Assembly (NCBI GenBank): GCA_030324005.1
Contig: JARDVH010000124.1
Location: forward strand, 22,906,085-22,970,084
Direction of reading: 5' to 3'
DNA from: Negaprion brevirostris
Taxonomy: Eukaryota
DNA: 64,000 nucleotides
Part shown: positions 1 to 11,445 of the stretch, one piece after another
Position numbering within the stretch: position 1 is the stretch's first letter
Layout: each line of letters starts with the position of its first letter
The notes under the pieces: generated by a model
Seen by the model: only the letters and a program-made list of their open reading frames with translations
Databases searched by the model: none
Told to the model about the DNA's origin: nothing
Position numbers and translations under genes: made by a program

Positions 1-141
1 CAACAGTTTTTTTCCAAGTAGAGCTTTCTCCAGGCATCTTTTAAATGAGAAATGCAAACCTGAGGAATGGTATTCTAATGGGAGTCTTGTGATGGCGCTC
101 TTCCATTTATTTTACTTTCTATGACCCAAGTTAATTAATTA

Positions 142-800
142 ACATAGAACACTACAGCACAAACAGGCCCTTCAGCCCACTAGTTGCGCCCATCACATCC
201 ATACCTACCAAGCCGTAGAACTGTCTGTAACTCCCAATCCCATTAAATCCCGTATACTCATCCAGAAGCCTTTTAAAAGGTCCCAGTGAGTTCGCCTCTA
301 CTACCACCGACGGCAGCCGATTCCACCCACCCACTCACCACCCTCTGAGTGAAAAACTTATCCCTAAACATCTCCTCTGTACTTGCTTCCCAGCACCTTA
401 AACCTGTGTCCTCTCGTAGCGACCAATTCAGCCCTGGGAAATAGCCTCCGAGAATCCACCCTATGTATTCCTCTCAACATTTTATAAACGTCTATCAGGT
501 CACCACTCAACCTTCGTCTCTCCAGGGAGAAGAGACCTAGCTCCCTCAACTTATCTTCGCAAGGCATGTCTCCCAATCCAGGCAACATCCTTGTAAATCT
601 CCTCTGCACCCTCTCAACAGCTTCGACATCCTTCCTGTAGTGAGGTGACCAGAACTGTGCACAGCACTCCAAATGGGGTCCGACAAGGGTCTTATAAAGT
701 TGCAGCATTACCTCCCAACTCCCAAACTCAATCCCTCGATTAATGAAGGCCAGTACACCATATGCCTTCTTGACCACATCCTCCACCTGTGAGGCCGATT
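142..800 (-). mobile_element. CR1-type LINE 3' fragment (end of ORF2 plus 3' UTR), fairly young, cut by a gap
   Basis: ORF 364-786 contains LYKTLVGPHLECCAQFWSPHYRKDVEAVERVQRRFTRMLPG and LGLFSLERRRL, typical CR1 ORF2 C-terminal motifs, followed by a CR1-type tail (gggctgaagggcctgtttgtgctgtagtgttctatgt). Confidence 0.92.
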
Positions 801-900
801 NNNNNNNNNNNNNNNNNNNNNNNNNNNNNNNNNNNNNNNNNNNNNNNNNNNNNNNNNNNNNNNNNNNNNNNNNNNNNNNNNNNNNNNNNNNNNNNNNNNN

Positions 901-1620
901 GAAATGAACAGGTTTAGGCAGGAATTCCAGAGCTGGGGTTTAGACACGGGCACCACGGTGGCAGTGGTTAGCACTGCTGACTCACAGCGCCAGGGACCCA
1001 AGTTCAAATCCCAGCTTGGGTCACTGTCTGTGTTGAGTTTGCATATTCTGCTCGTGGTTGCATGGATTTCCTCCGGGTGCTCCGGTTTCCTCCCACAGTC
1101 CAAAGATGTGCAGGTTAGGTGGATTGGCCACGCTAAATTCTCCTTCAGAGTACTCAAACAGTGCTGGAGTGTGGCGACTAGAAGATTTTCACAGTAACTT
1201 CATTGCAGGGTGAATGTAAGTCTACTTGTGACTAATAAATAAACTTTCAGACTTTACAGCTAAAGTTTACAACTTTTAGTTGTAGGCTCTGCTCCTAATG
1301 CTGGGGTGAAGGAAGCGAGGGGTGCACAGTGACAAGAGTTGGAGGGGAGAATCACAAGTTCTTGGGAGCTTCTACAGCTGAAAGGGGTTTTGGAGGCAGG
1401 GGAGGAGGAGGAGGCCACTTGAATATAAAAAGGTGAGGTTTTTAAAGTTGAAACATCAAATCAAGAACCAATGTGGATCTGCTAGCACTGGGCTAATAGG
1501 TGAACTGAAGAACTTGGTGCAAATTAGGCTACAGGCTACACAACATTGAGTGTAAAGTTATAGAGGGCAGAATATAGATGAAACAGATGCTCCATTCCTG
1601 AAGTTAACAAAGGAAGAAAA
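901..1620 (-). mobile_element. Degenerate L2-like LINE fragment interrupted by a SINE
   Basis: Resembles recalled shark L2 sequence (aggtttaggcaggaattccagagct...; aaccaatgtggatctgctagcactggg...ggtgaactgaagaacttggtgcaaattagg). Confidence 0.5.
948..1247 (+). mobile_element. tRNA-derived V-domain SINE with a non-CR1 tail
   Basis: Pol III A box (tggcagtggttagc) and B box (gttcaaatccc), V-domain core (gggtgctccggtttcctcccacagtccaaagatgtgcaggttagg), tail gtgtggcgactag...ttttcacagtaacttcattgcag...ttgtgactaataaataaacttt. Confidence 0.85.
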
Positions 1621-3499
1621 TCCAGCTTTGCGATTTTAAATTCAACTGGAGATGTGATAGCATAATATGAGTCTCTAGGTGCTTAGCTAGATCAGTTTGC
1701 AGGAGGGCACATGGATGCACAGATACCATACAGTTACAGTGCTAAAACTGCCTCCCAATTCCCCATAAAATAAACTGGGGAAAAACTACGCTGCCATAAA
1801 TGGAGCTGTTTCAGCAATGTAGATGTGGCACACAGACATTGCTCTCCTGTAATATGGACCAAACTAGTGCTTCTGATGTGCCTATGATGTCATTGGGGGC
1901 CAAAGTCAGATTATTTAAATTAACATCACTGGCACAGAATCCAGGGAAAATGCTTTCAAAACTCCTTGGGCAAATGAGATCTGTGCAGGGCACTTGATCG
2001 CAGTCTCTTGTGCCGGGGTCTAATGAACGAGTCCATCGACAAATGTGAATGTCCTTTTTTTCAAAAAGTTCCAAAATCTTGCAAGCCTTCCATTAGAGTT
2101 CTGTCTTTCTGCACTCTTGATAAATCACAACTTTAAGTGACATTAGTTGTTCTGTGCCTTGAGCAATTTCTTTCCAATTACATTCTTGAAATAGTGCCAC
2201 TAACTGCCTCACTAGCTTGATTGCCACTTTGTCCAGCTGTTTTGATTGTGCTAAGTTTGATAGCTAGCCATGTGCATCTACTAAAATGCAAAATGTCATT
2301 TCAGTACTTTTTTTATTTTANNNNNNNNNNNNNNNNNNNNNNNNNNNNNNNNNNNNNNNNNNNNNNNNNNNNNNNNNNNNNNNNNNNNNNNNNNNNNNNN
2401 NNNNNNNNNNNNNNNNNNNNTAGAAGAGGAAGGATATCTTATTTCTGTGATCAATAAAACACACAAAGCGTGTATTTTTTTAAATTACGCTTTAAAGAGA
2501 TTGATAATTATTAAAAGTACTCTATACTATTCTTTATAACATTTCTGTGAGCCACAACAGAGTGACCTCTGGCACCAGCATCATGTATTACTTTTACTGC
2601 TTGGCTGAAAGTTGCTGCTTCTGGGCCACAACAGCTGCTGAGCAGAGCAGATAGCGTAAAAAAAAATATGAAATACGGCCAGAAGGTACATCCATAATCT
2701 AAACTCATCAAAACAATAAGACTATAATACAGATACAGAGCACGCAAATCAATAAAAACTGGAAAGATATAAACAAGTTATTATGAGGCAAATCATTTAA
2801 CTCCCAGATACCTTTGTGAGGGAAGGAATTGAGGGATGTTACCAGGCACCCTGAATCCATGAATTCCTCAATTACGTATTTGCATTAGCACATTTTATTT
2901 TGATGCTTCAACCTAATATTTTATGGGGTGGGGGGCTGGCTGGCCATGAAGGAGGGAGGCAGGTGGGGGGTGGTGCTGGCTGGCTGGCCAGGACGGAGGT
3001 TAAAGCTAGAATAAAAGACTATTTGATGCAACTGCGTTACTCTGGTGGTCTACAATGATGAGGCATACATTCTTATTAGCCTCAGTCATCTCTGAAGACA
3101 CTGAACTTTTAGGGATACTTTCTTTATCTTTAGACATTTAAGCGGCACCTTATCAGACTTGCTTAATTTCCTATCCTTGACTCAGCAGGTCATTGTGGCA
3201 ACATTTCTATCAGGGAGTTCAACTATCTGCAAGTTAGGGACAAGTTTGCATTTGGATCTTTTAACATAATTTCAGTTTGGATTTCCAAGTAAATTGCTTG
3301 TACTTATCTTCAATGGCATTTAAGATACTGTATCTAAATGCAGAACTATGAATATCTTCACCCAATATGTTGAATAAAACAATCAGCACATATCTCCCTA
3401 CTTTTGACATATTTTTGCTTTGGGAGGAGAGGGTGATAAGGGGGAGGAAAAATGGAGTAAAGATTCAGTTTTAAAACTAAATTCCTAGAAATTCCAAGA

Positions 3500-4690
3500 G
3501 GGACCTGGGCATACAGGTCCCTAAAAGTGGCAACACAGTTTGCCAAGGTGATTAAGGCGGCATATGGCATGCTTGCCTTCATCAGCTGGCACACTGAGTA
3601 CAAGAGCTGGAAAATCATATTTTTGATTTGAATTCATTTATTATCATATGTATTAATATACAGTGTTTCTTGCGTGCTATGCAAAACATACTGTTCACAG
3701 GCAGGGAAAAGAGAGTGCAGAATATAGTGTTATAGTCATAGCTAGCTTATAAAGAAAGATCAACTTAATGCAAGGTTGGTCCATTCAAAAATCTGATGGC
3801 AGCAGAGAAGAAGCTATACTTGAGTCGGTTGGTACGTGTCCTCAAGACTTTTATATCTTTTTCCCAATGGAGGAAGGTGGAAGAGAGTATGTCCAGGGTG
3901 CATGGAGTGCTTAATTATGCTGGCTGCTTTTCCAAGGCAGCGGGAAGTGTAGACAGTGACAACGGGTGGGAAGCTGATCACGACCCTTTGTAGATTCTTG
4001 TGGTCTTGCACAGAGGAGCCATACCAAGCTGTGATACAACCAAAAAAGAATGCTATGGTGCATCTATAAAAGTTGGTGAGAGTTGTAGGTGACATGCTAA
4101 ATATCCTTAGTCCTCTGAGAAGTTGCAGTTATATAAAACTATGGTATGGCCATATTTGGCGTTTTGCGTGCAGTTCTGGTTACCACACTATGAGAAGGAC
4201 GTGGAAGCCTTGGAGAGTGCAAAGAAGGTTCACCTGGATGTTGCCTGGTCTCCAGGGTGTTGATTACGAAGAGAGGTTGAATAAACTAGGATTGTGTTCA
4301 CTTGAAAGAGGCTGAGGGGATATCTGATAGATGTCTACAAAATTGTGTGAGGCATAAACAGGATGGATAGTCAGAGGCCTAGGGTGCAAGGGTCAATTAC
4401 AAAGGGGCACAGGTTCAAGGCGAGAGGGAGGGGTGTTTAAGGGAGATGTGTGGGGGAAGGTTTTCATTCAGGCGGTGGGTGCCTGGAACACGCTGCCAGA
4501 AATGGTGGGGAAGGAGGCACATTAACAACATTTAAGAAGCATCTGGATGGGTACATGAATAGGGAGGGAAGAGAGTGATATGGACCAAATAAGCGCAGAA
4601 GATTTTCTTTTTAGTTTAGTCATGGCGTCATGATTGGCATGGGTCTGAAGGGCCGGAAGGCCTGTTTCTGCGCTGAACTGTTCTTTGTTC
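3500..4690 (+). mobile_element. CR1 LINE 3' fragment split by a Rex1/Babar insertion (CR1 parts about 3500-3618 and 4123-4690)
   Basis: ggcatatggcatgcttgccttcatc...gagtacaagagctggaaaatcat joins gttgcagttatataaaact...; RVQRRFTWMLPGL...YEERLNKLGL motif; CR1 tail at about 4575-4690. Confidence 0.85.
3620..4122 (-). mobile_element. Rex1/Babar-like LINE 3' fragment
   Basis: ORF 3814-4095 reads TLTNFYRCTI...GCITAWYG...LQRVV...KAASIIK...HPGHTLFHLPP.GKRY, the Rex1/Babar C-terminal region, followed by an A/T-rich tail. Confidence 0.85.
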
Positions 4691-4855
4691 AAAACTGTAG
4701 GGAGCAAAAATGAGTGTGAGGTGGAAAAATAGTGAAAGAGATAGAGAGTGAGGTACAAAGGAGTAAAAGGAAAGAGGGAAATGAGTGGTGTACAGGGAAG
4801 CATACAGAGAGATGAGGAAAGAAATGTTCTCTATTTGGCCCACATCAGCAGACTA

Positions 4856-5030
4856 AATTACTTCAAACTCTAATTCATTAGTGGAAGGTTTCTTAATACA
4901 TATGTTTCTTGCTATTTTTAAAGTAGAAGCCATGTGAACAGCTTAAATTGCTCTATATAAGCATCATCCTTCTCACCATTGCATAGCCTCCGTCATTGGC
5001 TAATATGACGACATCTATTGGTGACGTGTG
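4856..5030 (-). promoter_or_regulatory. Candidate intronic promoter (CRE half-sites, two CCAAT boxes, TATA-like element)
   Basis: CCAAT on the minus strand at 4995-4999 (AGCCAATGA) and 5017-5021; TGACG/CGTCA at 4991, 5006 and 5022; TATATAA at 4954-4960; TAAT-TC-ATTA at 4871-4880. Confidence 0.4.
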
Positions 5031-5182
5031 GTTTGCTACACATATGCCTCCTCTCTTTGGCTTGTTTTCCCTGTAACCAAAAAGTATTCATTAAAGTTTT
5101 CCCACATTAATAGTCAACAATCCCCAGCACCTCCAATCCTCTCATCACAGCCAATAATGCCAAAGCCTTAAATTGTAAGACC

Positions 5183-5380
5183 TCCAGATGCTCCAGTTTC
5201 CTCCCACAGTCCAAAGATATGCGAGTTAGGTGCACTGGCCATGCTAAATTGCCCCTTAATGTTCCAGGATGTGTAAATTAGAGGGATTGGCAGAGTAAAT
5301 ATGTGGGGTTACAGGGATAGGGCCTAGGTACAGACTCGATGGGCTGACTGGCTTCCTTCTGCACTGTAGGGATTCTATGA
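5183..5380 (+). mobile_element. 5'-truncated HE1-like V-SINE with CR1-derived tail
   Basis: V core (tttcctcccacagtccaaaga...gttaggtgcactggccatgctaaattgcccctt) and tail cttctgcactgtagggattctatga. Confidence 0.8.
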
Positions 5381-5675
5381 TTACCAACGCAAAAATGTAG
5401 CGTTCGTGCTTGGAATTCAGACCCAAGCCTTCACAATACCATCTGCAACCAGCAGTCTTAGAGATTGCTTTCCTTAGAACTTCCACAGCCTACCTGAAAC
5501 TGCCTTCTGTACTGTGGCCCTATCCTCTTCTAACAAAGGGAACTGAACAACCTGCCACTTTCCACGGGATGGAAGTCACCAGCCCCTGGAGCAGCTTCCT
5601 CCACCATAATGTGAGCCACTTGATGATAAAAAGCAGTAAGAGTGAGGCAACATGACAGAGTCCATCCCACCAGCA

Positions 5676-5961
5676 ACTTCACAATTAGGGCATCCTTTTT
5701 AAAGAGCACCCTGAATTGAATAAAAATAGAAATACTACCACCCCTCCTCCCCATAAACCACAGAACTCCCACCACACTGCCAAACCCCTACACATCTCCC
5801 CCATCCCCCCAACCCTACTTCTGTCCCCCACCACAGAAGTGCCAGGGCAGTGTGCCAGTCTGGGCATGACCCTCCCACCAGCTCCATTCCCCTAACCCAC
5901 CCGTGCCTCCGATGGGTTCTGCCCACCAGGTGCACCTCGTGAGGGACCCGTCATGATTGAA
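5676..5961. repeat. GC-rich, C-skewed fragment of an unidentified interspersed repeat, possibly DNA-transposon derived
   Basis: Abrupt C-rich segment with gtgccagggcagtgtgccag motifs ending at an assembly gap; family not recognised with certainty. Confidence 0.35.
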
Positions 5962-6061
5962 NNNNNNNNNNNNNNNNNNNNNNNNNNNNNNNNNNNNNNN
6001 NNNNNNNNNNNNNNNNNNNNNNNNNNNNNNNNNNNNNNNNNNNNNNNNNNNNNNNNNNNNN

Positions 6062-6175
6062 GATATGGTCCAAGTAAAGGCAGAAAGTTTTTTTTTAATT
6101 TAGTTAGGGCATCATAATCTGCACAGGCCTGGAGGGTTGAAGGGCCTGCTCCTGTGCTGTACTTTTCTTTGTTCT
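6062..6175 (+). mobile_element. CR1 3' tail next to a gap
   Basis: Closely matches the CR1 tail at 4575-4690 (gatatggtcc...ttagttagggcatcat...gaagggcctg...ctgtgctgtac). Confidence 0.8.
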
Positions 6176-8586
6176 TAAAATGGAACTGCAAGATTTGCAA
6201 GTCCCACACTATAGGTGAACTTGACTAATAAAACTTTTCCATCTCCAATCAAACAGTGCAACAGCATCTGGCATAAATACAAGGCAGATTAATGTTCAGA
6301 GGAAGGTATGCCTAGAATTCAGTGGAAAACAACCCGTCATGTTACCAAATTGCAAATGTTGGATGTAAAGCAGTCACAATCATCGGTATCTCACAGTAGG
6401 AAGATTTCCTCTGCTCGCTATCTGTAGCAAAATCATAAACACATTCTTTGTGATTTTGCTTTGAAGAGAAGCATTCTTCACCCCAGAATGTTGGTCGTAG
6501 CCACATGTTCAAGGCTCACACTGATTAGGGGGTTTTGCATTGTTTGCATTTAATGAGATGTGAATAGGCAGAGATATGTATCAGCAAATGACATATCAAC
6601 TCTTCTGCTTTCTAATGGTTTGTACAGGAACTCCATCACACAATTTTCATTTGGCATTTTACTTCTAAAATGTTATTCCAAACCAGAGTGACAGACATTA
6701 CTATTTATCTTCAGTTAAATTCTCTACAAATTTCCAAATATTCACTGACTGCAACTAAAACCTGCATTACAGGATTACCCCACACGTAGAAACTTTTTAG
6801 TGTCCATGTAAAATAAAGGGTTTTCAAAACTATGTTCTTGAAGTCATGTTAAGATTTGATCAGAACAAGTCATTGAAGCATTAACACAATAACAGGAACA
6901 CAAACTGCACATGCCTCCCTCTGCATTTCTCTCAACTTCAAGGAGGGAAAACTCAAAATTTAGCTACATTAATTGCCAAGGACAACAGGTGAAAGTTTCA
7001 AAAAAGGTGTTGAAGTTGACATCTTCTGATATCTCCTGAAGGCTGTCAGTCATACAGAAGAGCTCATATGCAACTTTAGGTGAGCAGGGCAGTTATCTAA
7101 AACATTCCACCCATAACCACTAAGGCATCAATTCTTGTTAGGAGAAGGTGGTAGAATTATTGCCAAATAAAATAAAATAAATAGCTTGACAAAAACAAAA
7201 TGTTTCTCTTTCATTGTCGATTCTTTTGCACAACACACTGAATACTATAAACAGGAGTTACGGTGGGAAACCAAAATCATGCACAATAGATGCTGCCAGA
7301 AAGCTACCATAAATCCCAGCTCCAAGTTTTATTTTTCAAAAGACACAACAGCGCCATAATATCTTACAAATTTAACAATTGGACTATTAATCAGGGCTTG
7401 ATGATAATATAACAAAGGACAGCACACACAGGTGTTTTGTTAGCAGCTGCAGCGGATCACAGTGATAATTGGGGTCAAAGAATAACCTATTGTGCAGTGT
7501 TCAGACCGTCACTGAAGCAGAGCAAAGAGCACTGCTCAGGGTTCACTTGCGTTCGTGAATACAGAACAGGAATGCTGCTGGAAAGGGAAAAAGGACATCA
7601 TGATCTTGCACAACTCCGGAGTTACATTTATACGGGTACCATTCAAATATAGGTCCCCAAATAATGATGTCCATCAGCTAGTTCCTGGCACTTATCCTGA
7701 TAAATCTGGCTTCCCCCTCCCAATATGAGAAACAGACTCGAAAGCCCACAAAAATCATGGTCTGCGCATCAGCTGCTGGGTAAGACAGCCACAGTAATGG
7801 GATAAATGCTGAGAAATGGTGCATGCATCACGGTCTCCCAGAAGTCACATTAGAACTGGTAACATAAAGTATTAAGTGCCACAATAGCAGCACCCACTAC
7901 TGCTTGCAGTGTTATTCAGTTTTTTTAAGTGGAAAATTCTACATTAAAACAATTAGTACTTCACAGTCTGATGCAGCCAATGGGATTCATTTTTACTTAA
8001 TTGTAGTTGTGAACACACTTCACAAATATTGAGAAAGTTACCTTACACACACACACACACAGATACCAGGTGAAATTTGATTCCATGCATTAGAGGCATC
8101 CGCTTCATAGGATTAACTGGTAATCTATTTTCTACCAGTATTAAGCTCTTTCGTACAACCAGTGCCCCACTCCCACCCCATATGCTTTTGAAAATGAGTT
8201 ATGTTTTCTGTAAAGATAAGTGAGACCCCAAAAAAATTGAAACACTGTTGCTAAAATAACAAGAAGGGCATACTTTTAATTATAAAGTTAGTTTTACCCT
8301 CTTAGCAGGGGCCAGAGACCAACCTCACTGACACTGCACATCCATATTTGTAAGTTAAATTTTGATGTGGTTCTCCCTTTGGCAAAGGTACATCATACAC
8401 AATTGTATATCACAGATTCTACGTGTGCTGAAATTTATGGTACACATTAGCAGCAATATGACAGGTTCTTGGAGCTCATTTATCATCAGTTTTATTCTTG
8501 GTAGGTACTACCTTTTTAATGAAAGGAAACATCAAGCTTCGATTTCTCCTACTGAAGCAAAGAAAATGCAGCTAGCCACTACTTAC

Positions 8587-8688
8587 AACAATATGTGCTG
8601 GAGATGGGGACCTAGCATCCTTCAGTCCTTGCCTACCCTGTAGGCTCCCTGCCTGTACATCAATCAATGGCCATTTCATCTGCAGGTA
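8587..8688 (-). CDS. TCF7L2: Internal coding exon of transcription factor 7-like 2 (TCF7L2/TCF-4), between the beta-catenin-binding domain and the HMG box
   Basis: The minus strand translates to YLQMKWPLIDVQAGSLQGRQGLKDARSPSPAHIV, nearly identical to the recalled human TCF7L2 segment YLQMKWPLLDVQAGSLQSRQALKDARSPSPAHIV. TCF7L1 has a shorter, different middle. The exon is 102 nt, with acceptor ttttgtttcccatttccag (AG at 8690-8689) and donor gtaagt (8586-8581). Confidence 0.96.
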
Positions 8689-10149
8689 CTGGAAATGGGA
8701 AACAAAATAAAGGAAAATGATTAAATGAAAAGAAAACAAAAATTCATAAATACAAATGAACACAAACACAAAATGAGAAAATATAAAGATGAGTAATCAT
8801 AACCAAAATATTTACTGTGATGAAGAATAATGTCTTGGACATAGATCTGAATAATCGTTTCAGCTTCCACAATGTTTATTGTGTTTATTACAGCAGTAAA
8901 ATTGGGCTAAATTGCAAACATACTTCCATTTGCAGAAGCAGTGTCACCCATTTCCCTTGAACCCTCTCTTTTTTCTCCTTTCTACACTTCTAACCAATCT
9001 GAAATAATTTCCCAAACTGCTGCACTAACGTGTATGAACACTCGAGTAGTGAGGTGACTACACCAAAAGGAACATGCAGGGTAGGAACAGGGTGGAAAAA
9101 CAAACATTACACTATTACTTGGGCTGGGTTGGGTGAAGAAATACTGAGTTCAACAAACTTTGAATTTGAGGTAGTGAAGGAAGAAACAGGTACAGTTGGG
9201 TAGCACCTCAATTGACTTAAGGTGGTGAGTTCTAGGGCATGATTTTTAAAATAACAATGCAGTACGCTGTTTGATAAAAATTCAGAATTATACATGATTG
9301 TTAGTAATATTCTGAAGTGCTGGCACCCCCACAGTAACAGAATGACAAGGCAGTGAAATTAATATCAAAGAATTGGAATATGACAGCATTCATGCCCAGG
9401 AAACCCAAGTATTTCCAGGTCTGCAAGCCTGCTGAAAGTGGAATACTCAAGTTAAAGATAACTATAAACTTAGTTACATATTTGTGTAAAAATGTATCAA
9501 TTTTACATTTGTAACAATATTAAGTGAATTTCTTTATACCAATGTTTCCCCCAGCCTGCCCTCAATATAAGAATAAAGATTAATTTTGTTCAATTCTTGC
9601 ATTCCAAACCCAGCTACACATAGGTACACAACACTATGTATTACAGCTATTTAGTAACTAAATCGCAAAAAAATCTGATTTTCCAAAGGCATTAGATCCT
9701 TAGCTTTGTCACTAGGATTCTACGTAATACACACATGGACCACATCCGGCAGGCTTCTCAGGAAGAGATTTTTAAGCACACTGGCTTAACATGGAACCAG
9801 ATTTTTCAGGTGTTCTAGTGATGTTATTATTTGTACGGGGGGGGGTGGAGAAAGAATATGCAGGTGAAAATATAAAGTAACATGTATTAAATATGTCTAA
9901 AGTCAAAACTAAAACAAGATACGTGGAACTCCTTTCTTGATCAGATCCTCATTCCATTTGATAATGGTATAAAATGCAAAGCCAGTCATTCTTTCATTAT
10001 AAGTTACTTGCCACCATTTAGGCTGTGAACTTATTGGTAAAGCTGTTCATGAATTTTTATATGCTCATAGAACAAACTTCACCTTATTCAGCGGCTTGGC
10101 AACAATGGTTTACAGAGCAATATCAAAAATAGCTTCAACTCAGCAAATG

Positions 10150-11445
10150 GTTACAGCACTGGAAGACATTTTGTTTGACAAATCCATGCTGGTTCTTCAT
10201 AATGGCAATTTAGTTGGTTCCACTCTCCACTGCCCTCCCAATAGTCCTGCAAATTTCTCTTCAGGTGCTTATTCAATTTCCTTTTGAAAACCAATTCCCT
10301 GTTGGAATCATTATTGTAAAACTGTTTCAAAATTGGATAGTTGCAATCACATATCAGTCCTTGAAAGCTCACACATATACACATAGGGTTTTGGCAACTG
10401 CTTGTGTGGCTTTTTACAATCTCTAATGATATGCTTGGAGAGGAAGTCTTATCAGAACCAGTTTTCTAAAAAAAAATGTAGCAAGGATTTCTGATTAAAA
10501 TTTAACATCTTTTCATTTTGTTACATCCACTAGATTCATGTTTTGTGAATATTTTAATAGAATGCTTATGGGATAATGAAGGGTACTGAGTCTGATAGTG
10601 CATATGAGTTAGCATCGCATCAATACTTAAGGACTTACATTAGGCCTCTTGCCTGTACAAATGGTAACTTAGGTCCTTTCATCTTGCTCCAAAAAATTTA
10701 GTGCTGATTTGGCACCTTCTTAACTTGCTACCACAAAGAGTAGTTGAGGCAAAGATAGATAGATGCATTTATCCCAAAGGAAACTGACACAAGGGAGAAA
10801 GGAAAAGGAGGATACATTGATGGGGGTTAGATAAAGAGTGTGAGGAGGCTTGTTTGGTGCATAAACTTTGAAAAAGCTGTTGGTCCTGTTTCTGCCTTTT
10901 AAATTCTGTGCGCCACTAAAATTCATTTTGGCATTATTGTTTAGATAACTTGTTCTTCTTTATGATTTTTTTTAAAGTAACTTGCATGCCCTGTGAGATT
11001 ACTACCTTCTGCACCTCCTCTGANNNNNNNNNNNNNNNNNNNNNNNNNNNNNNNNNNNNNNNNNNNNNNNNNNNNNNNNNNNNNNNNNNNNNNNNNNNNN
11101 NNNNNNNNNNNNNNNNNNNNNNNNNNNNNNNNNNNNNNNNNNNNNNNNNNNNNNNNNNNNNNNNNNNNNNNNNNNNNNNNNNNNNNNNNNNNNNNNNNNN
11201 NNNNNNNNNNNNNNNNNNNNNNNNNNNNNNNNNNNNNNNNNNNNNNNNNNNNNNNNNNNNNNNNNNNNNNNNNNNNNNNNNNNNNNNNNNNNNNNNNNNN
11301 NNNNNNNNNNNNNNNNNNNNNNNNNNNNNNNNNNNNNNNNTAAAACATTAGATAGGGGTCATGGGTAGAGAGGTGGTGTTGAGATGGCAGCGTGGGCTCG
11401 TTGGGCCGAAGGGCCTGCTTCCCAGGCTGATTTTGTTCTCTTTGT
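10150..11445. mobile_element. Cluster of old CR1 3' tail fragments (about 10150-10295 minus, 10790-10900 plus, 11341-11445 plus)
   Basis: CR1 tail motifs such as ggaggcttgtttggtgcataaac and gggctcgttgggccgaagggcctg. Confidence 0.55.

Larger units (their letters stand above)
1..8586 (-). other. TCF7L2: TCF7L2 intron downstream of the YLQMKWP exon (continues beyond the window)
   Basis: Begins with the GTAAGT donor; the next exon (SNKVPVVQ...) is not seen in the window. Confidence 0.85.

Noticed and set aside
948-1030. tRNA-like A and B boxes at SINE heads
   Set aside because: These belong to SINEs; there is no complete cloverleaf, so they are not tRNA genes.
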